From Rhodopila sp. (lineage in GTDB: Bacteria > Pseudomonadota > Alphaproteobacteria > Acetobacterales > Acetobacteraceae), in the NCBI RefSeq assembly GCF_965277825.1, contig NZ_OZ255846.1, positions 352,010 to 416,009 on the forward strand: 64,000 bases of DNA, read 5' to 3'. Below, piece by piece: positions 1-9,340 of this stretch. The translations under genes and the position numbers were made by a program. Below the pieces are notes generated by a model. The model did no database searches and was not told where the DNA came from. It worked only from the letters and a program-made list of their open reading frames with translations. Positions within the stretch are counted from its first letter, which is position 1. The number at the start of each line of letters is the position of its first letter.

Positions 1-1020
1 CTGGCCGGCGCGCTGGTGCTGGGGGTGCTGGTGCTGGGTGTCGCGTTGGTGGGTGTCACGGCGCTGGTGCCGGGGCCGGCGGGCGCGGTCGCGGGCGCGC
101 TGCCTTGGTGGCGTGAGGCGGTGGGTCGTCCGGGGCCGTTGGCCGAGGCGCGCGCGATCGTGGTGCCGCGCGGCGGCACCGGCGAGCTCGCCCAGGCCTT
201 GCGGGCGGATGGGGTGATCGACCAGCCGCTGCTGTTTCGTGCCGCGGCATGGTTGACCCGCGACGGCGGTACGCTGCACGCGGCGGAGTTTCGATTTCCG
301 GCGCATGCCTCGGTCGGGCAGGTGCTGACGATCCTGCGCGCGGCGCGTCCGGTGGAGCATCAGTTGACCATTGCCGAGGGGCTGACGGCGCGGCAGATCG
401 TTCATTTGGTCAACCATGCCGAGGCGATGGCTGGCGAGGTGGGCTCGATCGAGGAAGGTTCGGTGCTGCCGCAGACCTACGACTATGTTTATGGCGCCGA
501 ACGCTCGGGGTTGATCGTGCGGGCGACGGCGGCGATGGACAAGGCGCTGGCCGCGGCGTGGGCGGATCGGGCGCCGGGGTTGTCGCTGAGCAGCCCGCGC
601 GATGCGCTGATCCTGGCCAGCATCGTCGAACGGGAGACCGCCAAGCCGGAGGAGCGGCCGCATGTCGCGGCGGTGTATCTGAACCGGTTGCGCCAGGGGA
701 TGCGGCTGCAGGCCGACCCGACGGTGGTTTATCTGGCGAGCAACGGTTCGGGGGCGCTGGATCATCCGCTGACCCGAGCCGAATTGGGACGGGACGATCC
801 GTTCAACACCTATCGCAGCGCCGGGCTGCCGCCGGCGCCGATCTGCTCACCCAGCCTGGACAGCATCAAGGCGGTGCTGCATCCGCTGGCGAGTGACGAC
901 CTGTTCTTCGTGGCGGACGGCAGCGGCGGGCACGTGTTCTCGCGCAGCTATGAGGCGCATGACAGCGCGGTGGTTCGGTTGCGGGCGCTTGCGCCGGGGT
1001 CTCGCGGCGGGGCGGAGTAG
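1..1020 (+). CDS. mltG: endolytic murein transglycosylase MltG (YceG-like); 5-prime end probably outside the window
   Basis: The frame of ORF 16..1020 stays open back to base 1. N-terminal TM helix followed by YceG-type motifs (ILASIVERET, VYLNRL, LQADPTVVY, NTY..GLPP.PI, FFVADGSGGHVFS). Confidence 0.9.
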   Translation: MAGALVLGVLVLGVALVGVTALVPGPAGAVAGALPWWREAVGRPGPLAEARAIVVPRGGTGELAQALRADGVIDQPLLFRAAAWLTRDGGTLHAAEFRFPAHASVGQVLTILRAARPVEHQLTIAEGLTARQIVHLVNHAEAMAGEVGSIEEGSVLPQTYDYVYGAERSGLIVRATAAMDKALAAAWADRAPGLSLSSPRDALILASIVERETAKPEERPHVAAVYLNRLRQGMRLQADPTVVYLASNGSGALDHPLTRAELGRDDPFNTYRSAGLPPAPICSPSLDSIKAVLHPLASDDLFFVADGSGGHVFSRSYEAHDSAVVRLRALAPGSRGGAE

Positions 1021-1163
1021 CGGGCGGTGGTGATGGCCGCCGGATCCAGCTTGCCGCGAAAGGCGAGACGTCCGTGCCAGAGCGGCTGTTTGGCGATGGC
1101 GCGCGGTAGTCGCCTCGGCGGCTCAGCGGTGCATACTGCGGTGCGGGGTGGATGGAGCGGGCG

Positions 1164-1448
1164 ATGACGGCTTACATGATTGTTCAGAGCAGGATCATCG
1201 ACGAGGCGCAATATGGGAAATATCGCCAAGCGGTCATGCCTCTGATCGAGCGATTTGGCGGACGGAACGTGAGGGGCGGGACAGTGGAGCTGCTTGAGGG
1301 TCGCCAGGATGATCGCCGCATGGCCTTGTTCGAGTTCCCGGCCTTGGAGGCCATTCATGCGTTCTGGACCTCGCCCGACTATGTTCCGGTGAAGGAACTT
1401 CGGCGGGGGGCTGCTGAGCTGGAGATCTGGGCGGTTCCGGGGCTCTGA
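1164..1448 (+). CDS. DUF1330 domain protein
   Basis: MTAYMIVQS...YGKYRQAVMPLIERFGG...FEFPALEAIHAFWTSPDY is typical of DUF1330. GGAG lies 5 nt upstream of ATG 1164; ATG 1152 is an in-frame alternative. Confidence 0.75.
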   Translation: MTAYMIVQSRIIDEAQYGKYRQAVMPLIERFGGRNVRGGTVELLEGRQDDRRMALFEFPALEAIHAFWTSPDYVPVKELRRGAAELEIWAVPGL

Positions 1449-1827
1449 TCCGGGAACGTTCCGCCCGGCGCGGTCGTGCTTCGGCAGCGCTTGAAAGTTC
1501 CGTACACGGTATAAATTGGTGGTGTGCGGTCCTGCCGCCGAGGCCGGGGGTTGGAGTTCGATGCGGTTAAGGATCGAGGCGCAATGCGTCGACTTCGCCG
1601 ATGCCAGATCGATGGGTCGGCAGCGATCCGCGTGAGGCGCAATCGCGGGGTGGCGATAGTGGTCGGGCCAGGCGCCGAGAATTGCAGCGGATTCATACGA
1701 CAGGCGGAGGTCAGGCGCTTGGACGGCGGATTATGGATGCGATGCAAGCGCCGGCTCGCTCGATAAATCCGCGTTCAAGCTCTGACGACGGGGGCATAGT
1801 CGCGAGAAAGGCATCGGCAGGGTTAGC

Positions 1828-1995
1828 GCATTTTCTATCGGCGTTATTCGCCGGACCTGGCGTGGCCAAGAGAAGCGGGTTTGCAACCGACGATGCAGGC
1901 CGATGCACGCCGATAGGAGTTACGCTGGAAACTGGGTTCAAAGGCCTTGCATAACCTTTCCGCATTCGTGGTTCCGGCATCGTGCGTTTGCGGCG
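1828..1995. repeat. intergenic repeat family, copy 1
   Basis: Aligns by eye with 10806-11025 and 24531-24715. Shared core: gagaagcgg.tt..aaccg..gatgca...gttacgct.gaaa.ctgggttcaaag.c.ttgcata.cctttccgcat.cgtggttcc.gcatcgtgcg.ttgcg. Confidence 0.75.
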
Positions 1996-2011
1996 AGGCC
2001 TGTTGGTCCGA

Positions 2012-2284
2012 TCAGTTCTGCCACGGATCGCGATAATTCGGATCTTTCTGCTGCCGGCTCTGGACGTAGTCTTGTTGGCTCTGCAAGTCTTTCTGGCTCA
2101 CCTTGTGCTTATGCCATTGATGTCCGGCAATGCAGCCTCCGATGGCTCCGAGCACGCCATGGCCCGCCATGTGACCTGCCAGGGCGCCGGCGGCGCCCCC
2201 GGACAGGCAGCCGATGGCGTTTGCCTTGGGGGTGGCCGCGGTCAGGCCCAGAACCGCGGCCGCGGTGAGCAGTGCGTATCGCAT
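2012..2284 (-). CDS. small secreted glycine-zipper protein
   Basis: Signal peptide MRYALLTAAAVLGLTAATPKANA followed by a Gly-zipper (GGAAGALAGHMAGHGVLGAIGG). AAGGAA lies upstream of ATG 2284. Confidence 0.6.
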   Translation of the reverse strand: MRYALLTAAAVLGLTAATPKANAIGCLSGGAAGALAGHMAGHGVLGAIGGCIAGHQWHKHKVSQKDLQSQQDYVQSRQQKDPNYRDPWQN

Positions 2285-2300
2285 CGATAATTCCTTCATT

Positions 2301-2690
2301 CTACTTCGCGTAAGCTTGCTTGTGGAACACCATCACATCGTTCTTGCTGGACACTAGCCGCAGCACCTTGCCGCCCTGTTCCAGTGTATATTTGTCTTCC
2401 TCGACCTCGGCGGCGCCGTGTTCGGCGGTGGTTTTCGATTTCACCGGGGTGAAAACCAGGGTGCCGGTTGAGTCGCTGACTTTTTTCTGTTCGTAGGAGC
2501 CCGCCAACTCGGCCACGACCTTGTTGTTCTGCACGGTCTGGCTGGTCCACAAATTATCCGCCAGCACGTCCATGGCAATGATCACATTGTGGCTGAGATT
2601 GGCTTGCCATTGTCCGGAAATACTTGCATCGGCCATCGCTGCCGTCGGCGTGAACGCGATGACGGCGGCGAGAAGTGCGCGGCGATACAT
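2301..2690 (-). CDS. secreted hypothetical protein
   Basis: Signal peptide MYRRALLAAVIAFTPTAAMA. AGGAG lies upstream of ATG 2690. It sits in tandem 17 nt upstream of the glycine-zipper gene. Confidence 0.6.
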   Translation of the reverse strand: MYRRALLAAVIAFTPTAAMADASISGQWQANLSHNVIIAMDVLADNLWTSQTVQNNKVVAELAGSYEQKKVSDSTGTLVFTPVKSKTTAEHGAAEVEEDKYTLEQGGKVLRLVSSKNDVMVFHKQAYAK

Positions 2691-2756
2691 AACTGAAGCT
2701 CCTGCTGTTTCTGCCAACGGAAAGAGCGCCAGACGGCCGACCCTTGCCCAGGCAGC

Positions 2757-3075
2757 TTACCTATCTTGCCGGCAAAGGGACCGCAACCCGCGGCGGACTT
2801 GCCAGCAACGCGACAGATCGGTGTTGCGGCGGATGGCGGGAATGCCATCGGGTGCTGCAGCGCTGAGAAATCCGACGGGACAGTCGTGCTGATCGACAGC
2901 CACCCAGCAGGTCCGCCGGCGGATGCGGCGGCGATGCACGGTTTCGCCAAGCACGGCATGGTGTTGGATCCATTCGAGGCCGGGCAGCGTCCGGAAGCGC
3001 TGGGCCGCAGAGCGTTCTATGGCAGGTAGAAGATGGGGCGTCGGCGTCGCGGGCAGGGCGGATACGGGTAATCAC
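2757..3075 (-). pseudogene. GNAT N-acetyltransferase remnant (frameshifted and 3-prime truncated)
   Basis: One frame reads (V)ITRIRPARDADAP. A second frame continues HLLPAIERSAAQRFRTLPGLEWIQHHAVLGETVHRRRIRRRTCWVAVDQHDCPVGFLSAAAPDG. Joined, these give a typical GNAT N-half. The frame switch is near 3030-3036. The acetyl-CoA motif region is missing or unreadable. Confidence 0.45.
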
Positions 3076-3180
3076 GGCGGCACGCCGCGCGCAACCGATG
3101 TTTGCATTTGGTGCGTCTGGCGCCGGTCGTTCGGCGTGGTCATATTCGCGGTCACCCGCACCACCGAAAGACATTGCATC

Positions 3181-3897
3181 ATGCCCCCCGCCGCTGCCAG
3201 CGATAGCGCCAGCACAATCCTTATCATCGGAGCGTCACGCGGTCTCGGCCACGCCATGGCTGCCGAGTTTCTGAAGCAAGGGTGGAATGTCGTTGGCACG
3301 GTCCGCGGGCGCGGGACCCGAACCTTGCTGCACGCACTGGCGGAGGAGTTCGCGGGCCGCGTCGAGATCGAGACGCTCGATATCTGTGAGCCGGACCAGC
3401 TCGCGGCGCTGCGCGATCGGCTGTCCGGCAGATTGTTCGATATGCTGTTCGTCAACGCCGGAACGACAAACAATGAAAAGGAAACGATCGGAGAGGTCAC
3501 GACGGACGAGTTCATGCGCGTGATGATCACCAATGCGCTGAGCCCGATGCGGGTTGTCGAGCGGCTGGAACAGTGCGTCAAACAAACGGGCATGATCGGC
3601 GTGATGTCATCCGGGCAAGGTAGCATTGCCAACAACGAGACCGGCATGCGGGAGGTCTATCGGGGCAGCAAGGCGGCGCTGAACATGTTCATGCGAAGCT
3701 TCGCGGCACGGACCTCCGGAACATCGCGCGCGCTGGTGGTGATGGCTCCCGGCTGGGTGCGCACCGACATGGGCGGCCCGGAGGCACGCTTGAGCATCGC
3801 AGAAAGCGTGCCGAACCTGGTAGGCGTGCTGCTCGTGAAGCAGGGGACCTCCGGTCTGGAATATCTCGACTATCTTGGCCGCACCGTCCCGTGGTGA
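3181..3897 (+). CDS. short-chain dehydrogenase/reductase (SDR)
   Basis: ILIIGASRGLGHAMA Rossmann motif, NAG, and YRGSKAALN catalytic motif. ATG 3181 lies inside the longer ORF 2923..3897. Confidence 0.85.
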   Translation: MPPAAASDSASTILIIGASRGLGHAMAAEFLKQGWNVVGTVRGRGTRTLLHALAEEFAGRVEIETLDICEPDQLAALRDRLSGRLFDMLFVNAGTTNNEKETIGEVTTDEFMRVMITNALSPMRVVERLEQCVKQTGMIGVMSSGQGSIANNETGMREVYRGSKAALNMFMRSFAARTSGTSRALVVMAPGWVRTDMGGPEARLSIAESVPNLVGVLLVKQGTSGLEYLDYLGRTVPW

Positions 3898-3985
3898 CTT
3901 GTTGCCCCGCAATCTGGTTTCACGGCAGTGGGGAAGCTGGGTGGACAGCCCGGCTTTGTCCGCCCTGCCGCGGTTATCGAGCGAC

Positions 3986-4029
3986 CCCTTGCGCGCTCAC
4001 CTGGCGACCCTTGCGCGCTCACCTGGCGA
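3986..4029. repeat. 22-bp direct tandem repeat x2 (cccttgcgcgctcacctggcga)
   Basis: Two identical adjacent units. The second runs into a 7-bp stem hairpin cctggcg-acga-cgccagg (4022-4039). Confidence 0.9.
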
Positions 4030-4040
4030 CGACGCCAGGG

Positions 4041-4079
4041 TTGACAATGTCAACACAGCCCTCACGTTGACAGTGTCAA
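4041..4079. promoter_or_regulatory. two 13-bp perfect palindromes TTGACA-N-TGTCAA (candidate TetR operator pair)
   Basis: ttgacaatgtcaa (4041-4053) and ttgacagtgtcaa (4067-4079). Centres are 26 bp apart. They lie 19-57 nt upstream of the SDR gene at 4098, which is followed by a TetR gene. Confidence 0.5.
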
Positions 4080-4097
4080 CAATAGCAGGTAACGGTC

Positions 4098-5084
4098 ATG
4101 CCGACAGTGTTCATAACGGGGGGCCATAAGGGCCTTGGCCTCAGAAGCGTCCAGCGCATCGCGGCCAGCGGCGGCTTCGACCTGGTGCTCGGCGGCAGGA
4201 ACCTTGCGGAGGTAGAGGTTTCGGTCGGCGAGCTGCCCCGCGACTATAACGTCAACGCTTGGGCGGTGCTGCTGGATGTATCCTCCCTGGCTTCCGTCCG
4301 CACCGCCGCGGCGCAATTCCAAGCTATGGTCCAGGATGGCAAGGTGGCGCCACTTCGGGTGCTGATGCTCAACGCCGGCGCGCAGTTCCTCGGTGATGTT
4401 TCGTTCAGCGTCGATGGCTACGAACAGACTTTTGCCACCAACTGCCTGGGCAACTATCTGCTGATCTGCCTGCTGCTGGGCGATATCGAGCGCGGCGGGC
4501 GGGTCGTCTTCACCGCGAGCGGCACGCACGATCCCGCCACGATGGATAGCAAGATGGTCGGCGCGGCGGCAGCGCCCGACGCGATCGCGCTGGCCAATCA
4601 AGGGAAGCACGGGAAGCCGATCTCCGGCGGCAAGCGCTACGTCAGCTCAAAGTTGTGTACCATCCTGTATGCCTACGAGTTGGATCGCCGCCTGAGGGCC
4701 GCGGATGCGGACATCGCCTCGATTGCCTTCGATCCCGGCCTGATGGTCGAGACCGGGCTTATTCGTTCGGCACCGCCGGTGGCGCAACGGATACTACGCA
4801 CCAGACTTGCGAAATGGCTGTTCAGGACGCTGGGTGTCACGATGGGCAGCGTCGCGTTCTCGGGTGATGCGCTTGCCGACGTGGCGATCGATCCAAGGTT
4901 CGCCACCGCTTCCGGAAAATACATACAGTCTCGTAACGGTGGCTTGATCGAGGCGCGTTCATCGAAGGCTTCGTACGAAGCAGCTTCGGCCAGCAAGCTG
5001 TGGCAGGATTCGGAAGCGCTGGTCGATCTTCAGCCGGAGGAACGGCGCAAGATGTTCCCCGCGATCAGGGCGGCCGCGGCATAG
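4098..5084 (+). CDS. SDR family oxidoreductase
   Basis: VFITGGHKGLGL, NAG, and YVSSKL motifs; 328 aa. Confidence 0.8.
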   Translation: MPTVFITGGHKGLGLRSVQRIAASGGFDLVLGGRNLAEVEVSVGELPRDYNVNAWAVLLDVSSLASVRTAAAQFQAMVQDGKVAPLRVLMLNAGAQFLGDVSFSVDGYEQTFATNCLGNYLLICLLLGDIERGGRVVFTASGTHDPATMDSKMVGAAAAPDAIALANQGKHGKPISGGKRYVSSKLCTILYAYELDRRLRAADADIASIAFDPGLMVETGLIRSAPPVAQRILRTRLAKWLFRTLGVTMGSVAFSGDALADVAIDPRFATASGKYIQSRNGGLIEARSSKASYEAASASKLWQDSEALVDLQPEERRKMFPAIRAAAA

Positions 5085-5088
5085 CGCG

Positions 5089-5715
5089 ATGCCGGAGCAA
5101 ACCCTGACAACCGGCAAGCGACTGGTCGAAGCGGCGACAGCGCTGCTGGATAGTGGCGGCGAAGCCGCTGTCACGCTTCGTGCCGTCGCCCAGGCCGTGG
5201 GGGTGTCACACAATACGCCGTACCGACATTTCGCCGACCGCGCCGCGTTGCTTGCGGCGGTAGCCGAACGCGACTTCACGATGCTGACCGACGCATTCAC
5301 GGCGACTGAGGGGACACGGCTTCAGCCACTCGCGAAGGTGAAGGACGCGCTTGACGCCTTCGTGGTCTATGGCGAGACCTACCCGGCCCGCTACCGCCTG
5401 CTGTTCAGCGATCCGGGCATCGCATCGCCTGGCGGCGAACTCGAAGCCGCTGCGATGCGGTCATTCGCTGCCTTCGCCAAGCTCATCGAGGGGGCTCAAG
5501 CAAGCGGCGATCTGCCGGCAACCATGCCTACAGCGACGTTGACGGGCGTTGTCTTCGCCACGGTTCACGGCCTGCTCGATCTGCAGGCTGGCGGTCGGAT
5601 GCGCGAGGAGAAGGGCCTATCCAGGGCTGCCGCGGGCGTCGCGGTGCTGTTCGAACTCATCGCGCCGCGTGGCGATGCAGCCGCGCAGAGCTGTGCAACC
5701 GTTTCTTCCCCGTAG
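5089..5715 (+). CDS. TetR/AcrR family transcriptional regulator
   Basis: N-terminal HTH: VTLRAVAQAVGVSHNTPYRHFADRAALLAAV. Starts 4 nt after the SDR stop. Confidence 0.9.
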   Translation: MPEQTLTTGKRLVEAATALLDSGGEAAVTLRAVAQAVGVSHNTPYRHFADRAALLAAVAERDFTMLTDAFTATEGTRLQPLAKVKDALDAFVVYGETYPARYRLLFSDPGIASPGGELEAAAMRSFAAFAKLIEGAQASGDLPATMPTATLTGVVFATVHGLLDLQAGGRMREEKGLSRAAAGVAVLFELIAPRGDAAAQSCATVSSP

Positions 5716-5759
5716 CAAAAAACCGTTGCCGGTGCGGCTGACCGGCCAGGAGATCCGCC

Positions 5760-6104
5760 ATGGTCAAGTTCACCATTCTGCTGAAACGCAAAGCGTCACT
5801 CAGCCACGATGAGTTCGTCGCGTATCACAAGATGCACCACGCGCCCTTGTTCATGTCGATCGCGGTCGTCAGGGCGACGGTCCGCCGCTACGTCCAGCAA
5901 CACGCGATGCCTGTCGAGTTACCCGGGCTGCCGCCGGTCAAATATGACGGCATCACTGAACTCTGGTTCGACGATGTCGACGCGCTCGTCGGTTGCTTCA
6001 GTGACGCCGATTACATGGCGAAGATCAGGCCCGACGAGGCGAAGTTCCTGGACCTCCACGGCTGCGACTTCATCGTTTCAGCCGAGACGGTGATCGCGGA
6101 ATAG
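5760..6104 (+). CDS. EthD domain protein
   Basis: MVKFTILLKRKASLSHDEFVAYHKMHHAPL... has the typical EthD fold signature; 114 aa. Confidence 0.75.
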   Translation: MVKFTILLKRKASLSHDEFVAYHKMHHAPLFMSIAVVRATVRRYVQQHAMPVELPGLPPVKYDGITELWFDDVDALVGCFSDADYMAKIRPDEAKFLDLHGCDFIVSAETVIAE

Positions 6105-6206
6105 TCGCGTGTCGCTCGGGTTGCCGCTGCTGGTGTCGGTCGTCGCGGGCGGGTTGGATGGCAATGATCTTGCACCTGCTTCCGGGGGCGCCGGCTGCGT
6201 GCTGCG

Positions 6207-7505
6207 ATGGCGGAACGGGAGGGGTGGGCGATGGCGGGTTTGGCGGCGGTTCGGCCGAGCGTGGAGCAGAGCCGCAGGGCGATCGGGGCGGCGACCATCG
6301 GCAACGTCATGGAGTGGTATGATTTCGGCGTGTTCGGCTTTCTCGCCGGGTCGCTGGCGCTGAATTTCTTTCCGCGCGACGATCCTCGGACGTCGTTGCT
6401 GAACACCTTTCTGATCTTTGGTGTCGGGCTGGTGTTTCGCCCGCTGGGCGGGATCGTGATCGGCCGCATGGGGGATCGGGTTGGCCGCAAGCCGGCGCTG
6501 GTGCTGACCATCCTGATGATGGCGGTGGGCACCGTGATGATCGGTCTGTTGCCGACCTATTCCGCCATCGGGGTGCTGGCGCCGGTCGGGTTGTTGCTGG
6601 CGCGGCTGCTGCAGGGGTTCTCCACCGGCGGCGAGTGGGGCGGGGCGACGGCGTTCATGGCGGAATGGTCGGTCGAGGGGCGGCGCGGGCTGTATACCAG
6701 CCTGCAGCAGATGTCGGTGGCGGGTGGCAGCCTGCTGGGGGTGGGGCTGGCGGCGCTGCTGACCTCCTGGATCGGGTCGCAGGCGATCAACGACTGGGGC
6801 TGGCGGATCCCGTTCCTGCTGGGCGGCCTGTTCGGACCGATCGGGCTGTGGCTGCGTCGTTCGGTGGACGAGACGCCGCCGTTCCGCGAAGTGCTGGCCG
6901 AGGGGGATACGGCGGAGGCCTCGACGTTCCGGCACGCGGCCCAGGCGTTCGGGTTCACCATACTGTGGACGGTGAGTTTCTATGTGTTCCTGACCTATAT
7001 GCCGACCTACACCCGGACGCAGTTGCACCTGAGCGCAGCGCAGGCGTTGTGGGCATCCACCGCCAGCCTGTTGGCGCTGATGGTGCTGGTGCCGCTGATG
7101 GGTGCGTTGTCGGATCGGATCGGCCGGAAGGTCCTGCTGCTGTCGTCGTGCGCGCTGTGTTTCGTGCTGCCGATTCCGGCGTTCTATGTGTTGACCCGAG
7201 GCTATGGGTTTGCCTCGGTGGTGTGGGTGCAGATCGTGTTTGCGCTGGCGATTTCGTTGTTCTCCGGGCCTGGGCCGGCGGCGATCGCGGAGATGTTTCC
7301 GACCCGTGGCCGGTCGACCTGGATGTCGTCTTCGTATGCGCTGGCGGTGGCGATTTTTGGTGGGTTCGCGCCGTTCATCTCGCAATGGCTGATCGATGTG
7401 ACGGGATCGAAGATGGCGCCGACGGCGTATGTGATGGCGGCGGCGGCGATCAGTTTCTGGGTGATCGCGGGGTTGCGGGAGACGGCGCACGAACCGTTGC
7501 GTTAG
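6207..7505 (+). CDS. MFS transporter, metabolite:H+ symporter (MHS) type
   Basis: GNVMEWYDFGVFGFLAG motif and GRMGDRVGRK loop; 12 predicted TM segments. Confidence 0.9.
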   Translation: MAEREGWAMAGLAAVRPSVEQSRRAIGAATIGNVMEWYDFGVFGFLAGSLALNFFPRDDPRTSLLNTFLIFGVGLVFRPLGGIVIGRMGDRVGRKPALVLTILMMAVGTVMIGLLPTYSAIGVLAPVGLLLARLLQGFSTGGEWGGATAFMAEWSVEGRRGLYTSLQQMSVAGGSLLGVGLAALLTSWIGSQAINDWGWRIPFLLGGLFGPIGLWLRRSVDETPPFREVLAEGDTAEASTFRHAAQAFGFTILWTVSFYVFLTYMPTYTRTQLHLSAAQALWASTASLLALMVLVPLMGALSDRIGRKVLLLSSCALCFVLPIPAFYVLTRGYGFASVVWVQIVFALAISLFSGPGPAAIAEMFPTRGRSTWMSSSYALAVAIFGGFAPFISQWLIDVTGSKMAPTAYVMAAAAISFWVIAGLRETAHEPLR

Positions 7506-7946
7506 GTGTCGTTGTCCCATCCGGTTGCTGATTGTGCTTGCGTCGCGGGGGCCGGCGTCAAGCCCGAGCCGCCTCCGGCGGTCGCGCGAGGCTTGACTCC
7601 GGCCGCTGCGACGAAGCGGGGCTTCACATCGGATGTGCCGCTGAGTGTGGACTTCGGCTGACCCTGTCGGGGTGGAAGGCGCTGAGCTGGTGGGATAGGA
7701 GCGCTGCGCTAGGGGCACCAACGCGTTGGCGACGAACGCGGTGTTGGAGACGAACGCTGACCGGGTAGGTGGGCATGAACACGGCGCGGGCGGGCGAATG
7801 AGGTCGCGGGTGAAGCGTCGACGGTGCTGCACGGCGGCGGCGTGAACGAGGCTTGATCGGCTTGCGGCTGGCGGGCGGACACGGCAGAGTTTGGTTCGCC
7901 GCCTGGTTCAGGGCGGGAGGAAACCAACCCGAACGAGGTCCCGCCG

Positions 7947-9338
7947 ATGGACGCCACAGCCGAACCAGTTGGAGCCGGCCGGATTGCCGCGCGCATCGAT
8001 CGCCTGCCGCTGACCTGGGCGCAATGGCGGCTGGCGCTGATCAGCCAGTTGTTCTGGGGGGTGATCATCGCCGCGGACGGTATTCCGGCGAAGGTCTATC
8101 CGTATGTCTGGCTGCCGCAGCACGCGTTCGGGATGACTGCATTCTCATTTCTGCTGGCGATGCAGTTCGGTGTCGGCATCCTGGTCGGCGAGTATCTGAT
8201 CGGGCTGGTGGCGGACCGCTGGGGGCGGCGGGTGGCGCTGCTGATCTCGACGCTGGCGATCGCGCTGCTGATGTGGCCGACGGCGTTGACCAACAACTTT
8301 GCCCTGCTGATGGTGTTCTTTGGCCTGTCCGCCATCGGCCTGGGGGGCGTGCTTTCGGTCAACGTGGTCTATATGGGCGAGATCATTCCGCCGAAGGAGC
8401 GCGGGCGGGTGATGCTGGGGTCTCAGGTCCTGGCGGTGGCGGTGTACGGCCTGCTGGGCAACATACCGGCGATTCTTTGGATACCGAACCACTACGAGCT
8501 GTTCATCAATTTCTACTGCGTGGTCTCGCTGGTGGTGCTGGTGCCGCTGGCCTGGGTGATCCCGGAATCGCCGCGTTGGCTGGAGGCGCATGGCCGCCAC
8601 GAGCAGGCCGAACGGGTGACCGCGGCGCTGGAGGCGGAATGCCTGCGCCGCAGCGGGCTGAGCAGCCTGCCGGAGCCGCAATATGCGAAATACAGCGTCG
8701 ATGTGCGCAAGCACGTGCCGGTGCGGGAGCTGTTCCGCGGCGAGTATGGGCGACGCACGGTGTTGCTGCTGGTGGCGTGGATCCTGGGCTATAGTGGCAT
8801 GATCTATGGTTTCGGCGGTTACGAGACGCTGTTGCTGCGTGGTTTCGGGCTGACCGCCGACCAGGCGTTCGGGGTGATCCTGGTGTCGTCGACGCTGGGT
8901 GGCGGCGGCGGGCTGGCGATCTGCGCGATGCTGGGGGAGGCGGTGGAACGACGGATGATCATCCTGGTCAGCGCGCTTATCACCGTCATTATGCTGTCAC
9001 TGCTGTATTTCGTGCATACGGTGCTGGCTTCGTATGTGCTGGTGACGCTGTCTTGGGGGGCGACCGAGGTCTGGCTGTTCAGCATGTACAACTATACCGC
9101 CGCCAGCTATCCGACCCGGCTGCGGGCGACCGGGACCGGCCTGACCGATGGTGTCGGTCACCTGGGCGCGGTGTTCGGGCCGGTCGTGGCGGGCTGGCTG
9201 TTCTCGGCGACCGCGGCGTTCGGCCATGCCGGCTGGTTTGCCTATGTGATGATCCCCGGGGCGTTGATCCCGGCGGTGATGATCGCGGTGTGGGGGATCG
9301 ACCAGCGGCGGGCGATCCTGGAGCATATCGCGGTTTAG
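7947..9338 (+). CDS. MFS transporter (sugar-porter-like)
   Basis: ADRWGRR loop and ESPRWLEAHGRHEQAE central-loop motif; multiple TM segments. Confidence 0.85.
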   Translation: MDATAEPVGAGRIAARIDRLPLTWAQWRLALISQLFWGVIIAADGIPAKVYPYVWLPQHAFGMTAFSFLLAMQFGVGILVGEYLIGLVADRWGRRVALLISTLAIALLMWPTALTNNFALLMVFFGLSAIGLGGVLSVNVVYMGEIIPPKERGRVMLGSQVLAVAVYGLLGNIPAILWIPNHYELFINFYCVVSLVVLVPLAWVIPESPRWLEAHGRHEQAERVTAALEAECLRRSGLSSLPEPQYAKYSVDVRKHVPVRELFRGEYGRRTVLLLVAWILGYSGMIYGFGGYETLLLRGFGLTADQAFGVILVSSTLGGGGGLAICAMLGEAVERRMIILVSALITVIMLSLLYFVHTVLASYVLVTLSWGATEVWLFSMYNYTAASYPTRLRATGTGLTDGVGHLGAVFGPVVAGWLFSATAAFGHAGWFAYVMIPGALIPAVMIAVWGIDQRRAILEHIAV

Positions 9339-9340
9339 GG

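Noticed and set aside
2766-3029. 87-aa + strand ORF between the secreted-protein gene and the SDR
   Set aside because: It has no motif or ribosome-binding site. The opposite strand shows GNAT homology across two frames, which better explains the open frames here.
6078-7832. 584-aa Arg/Pro/His-rich ORF on the minus strand
   Set aside because: It lies antisense to the clearly homologous MHS-type MFS transporter (6207-7505). Its composition is typical of shadow ORFs in high-GC DNA, and it has no recognisable domain.
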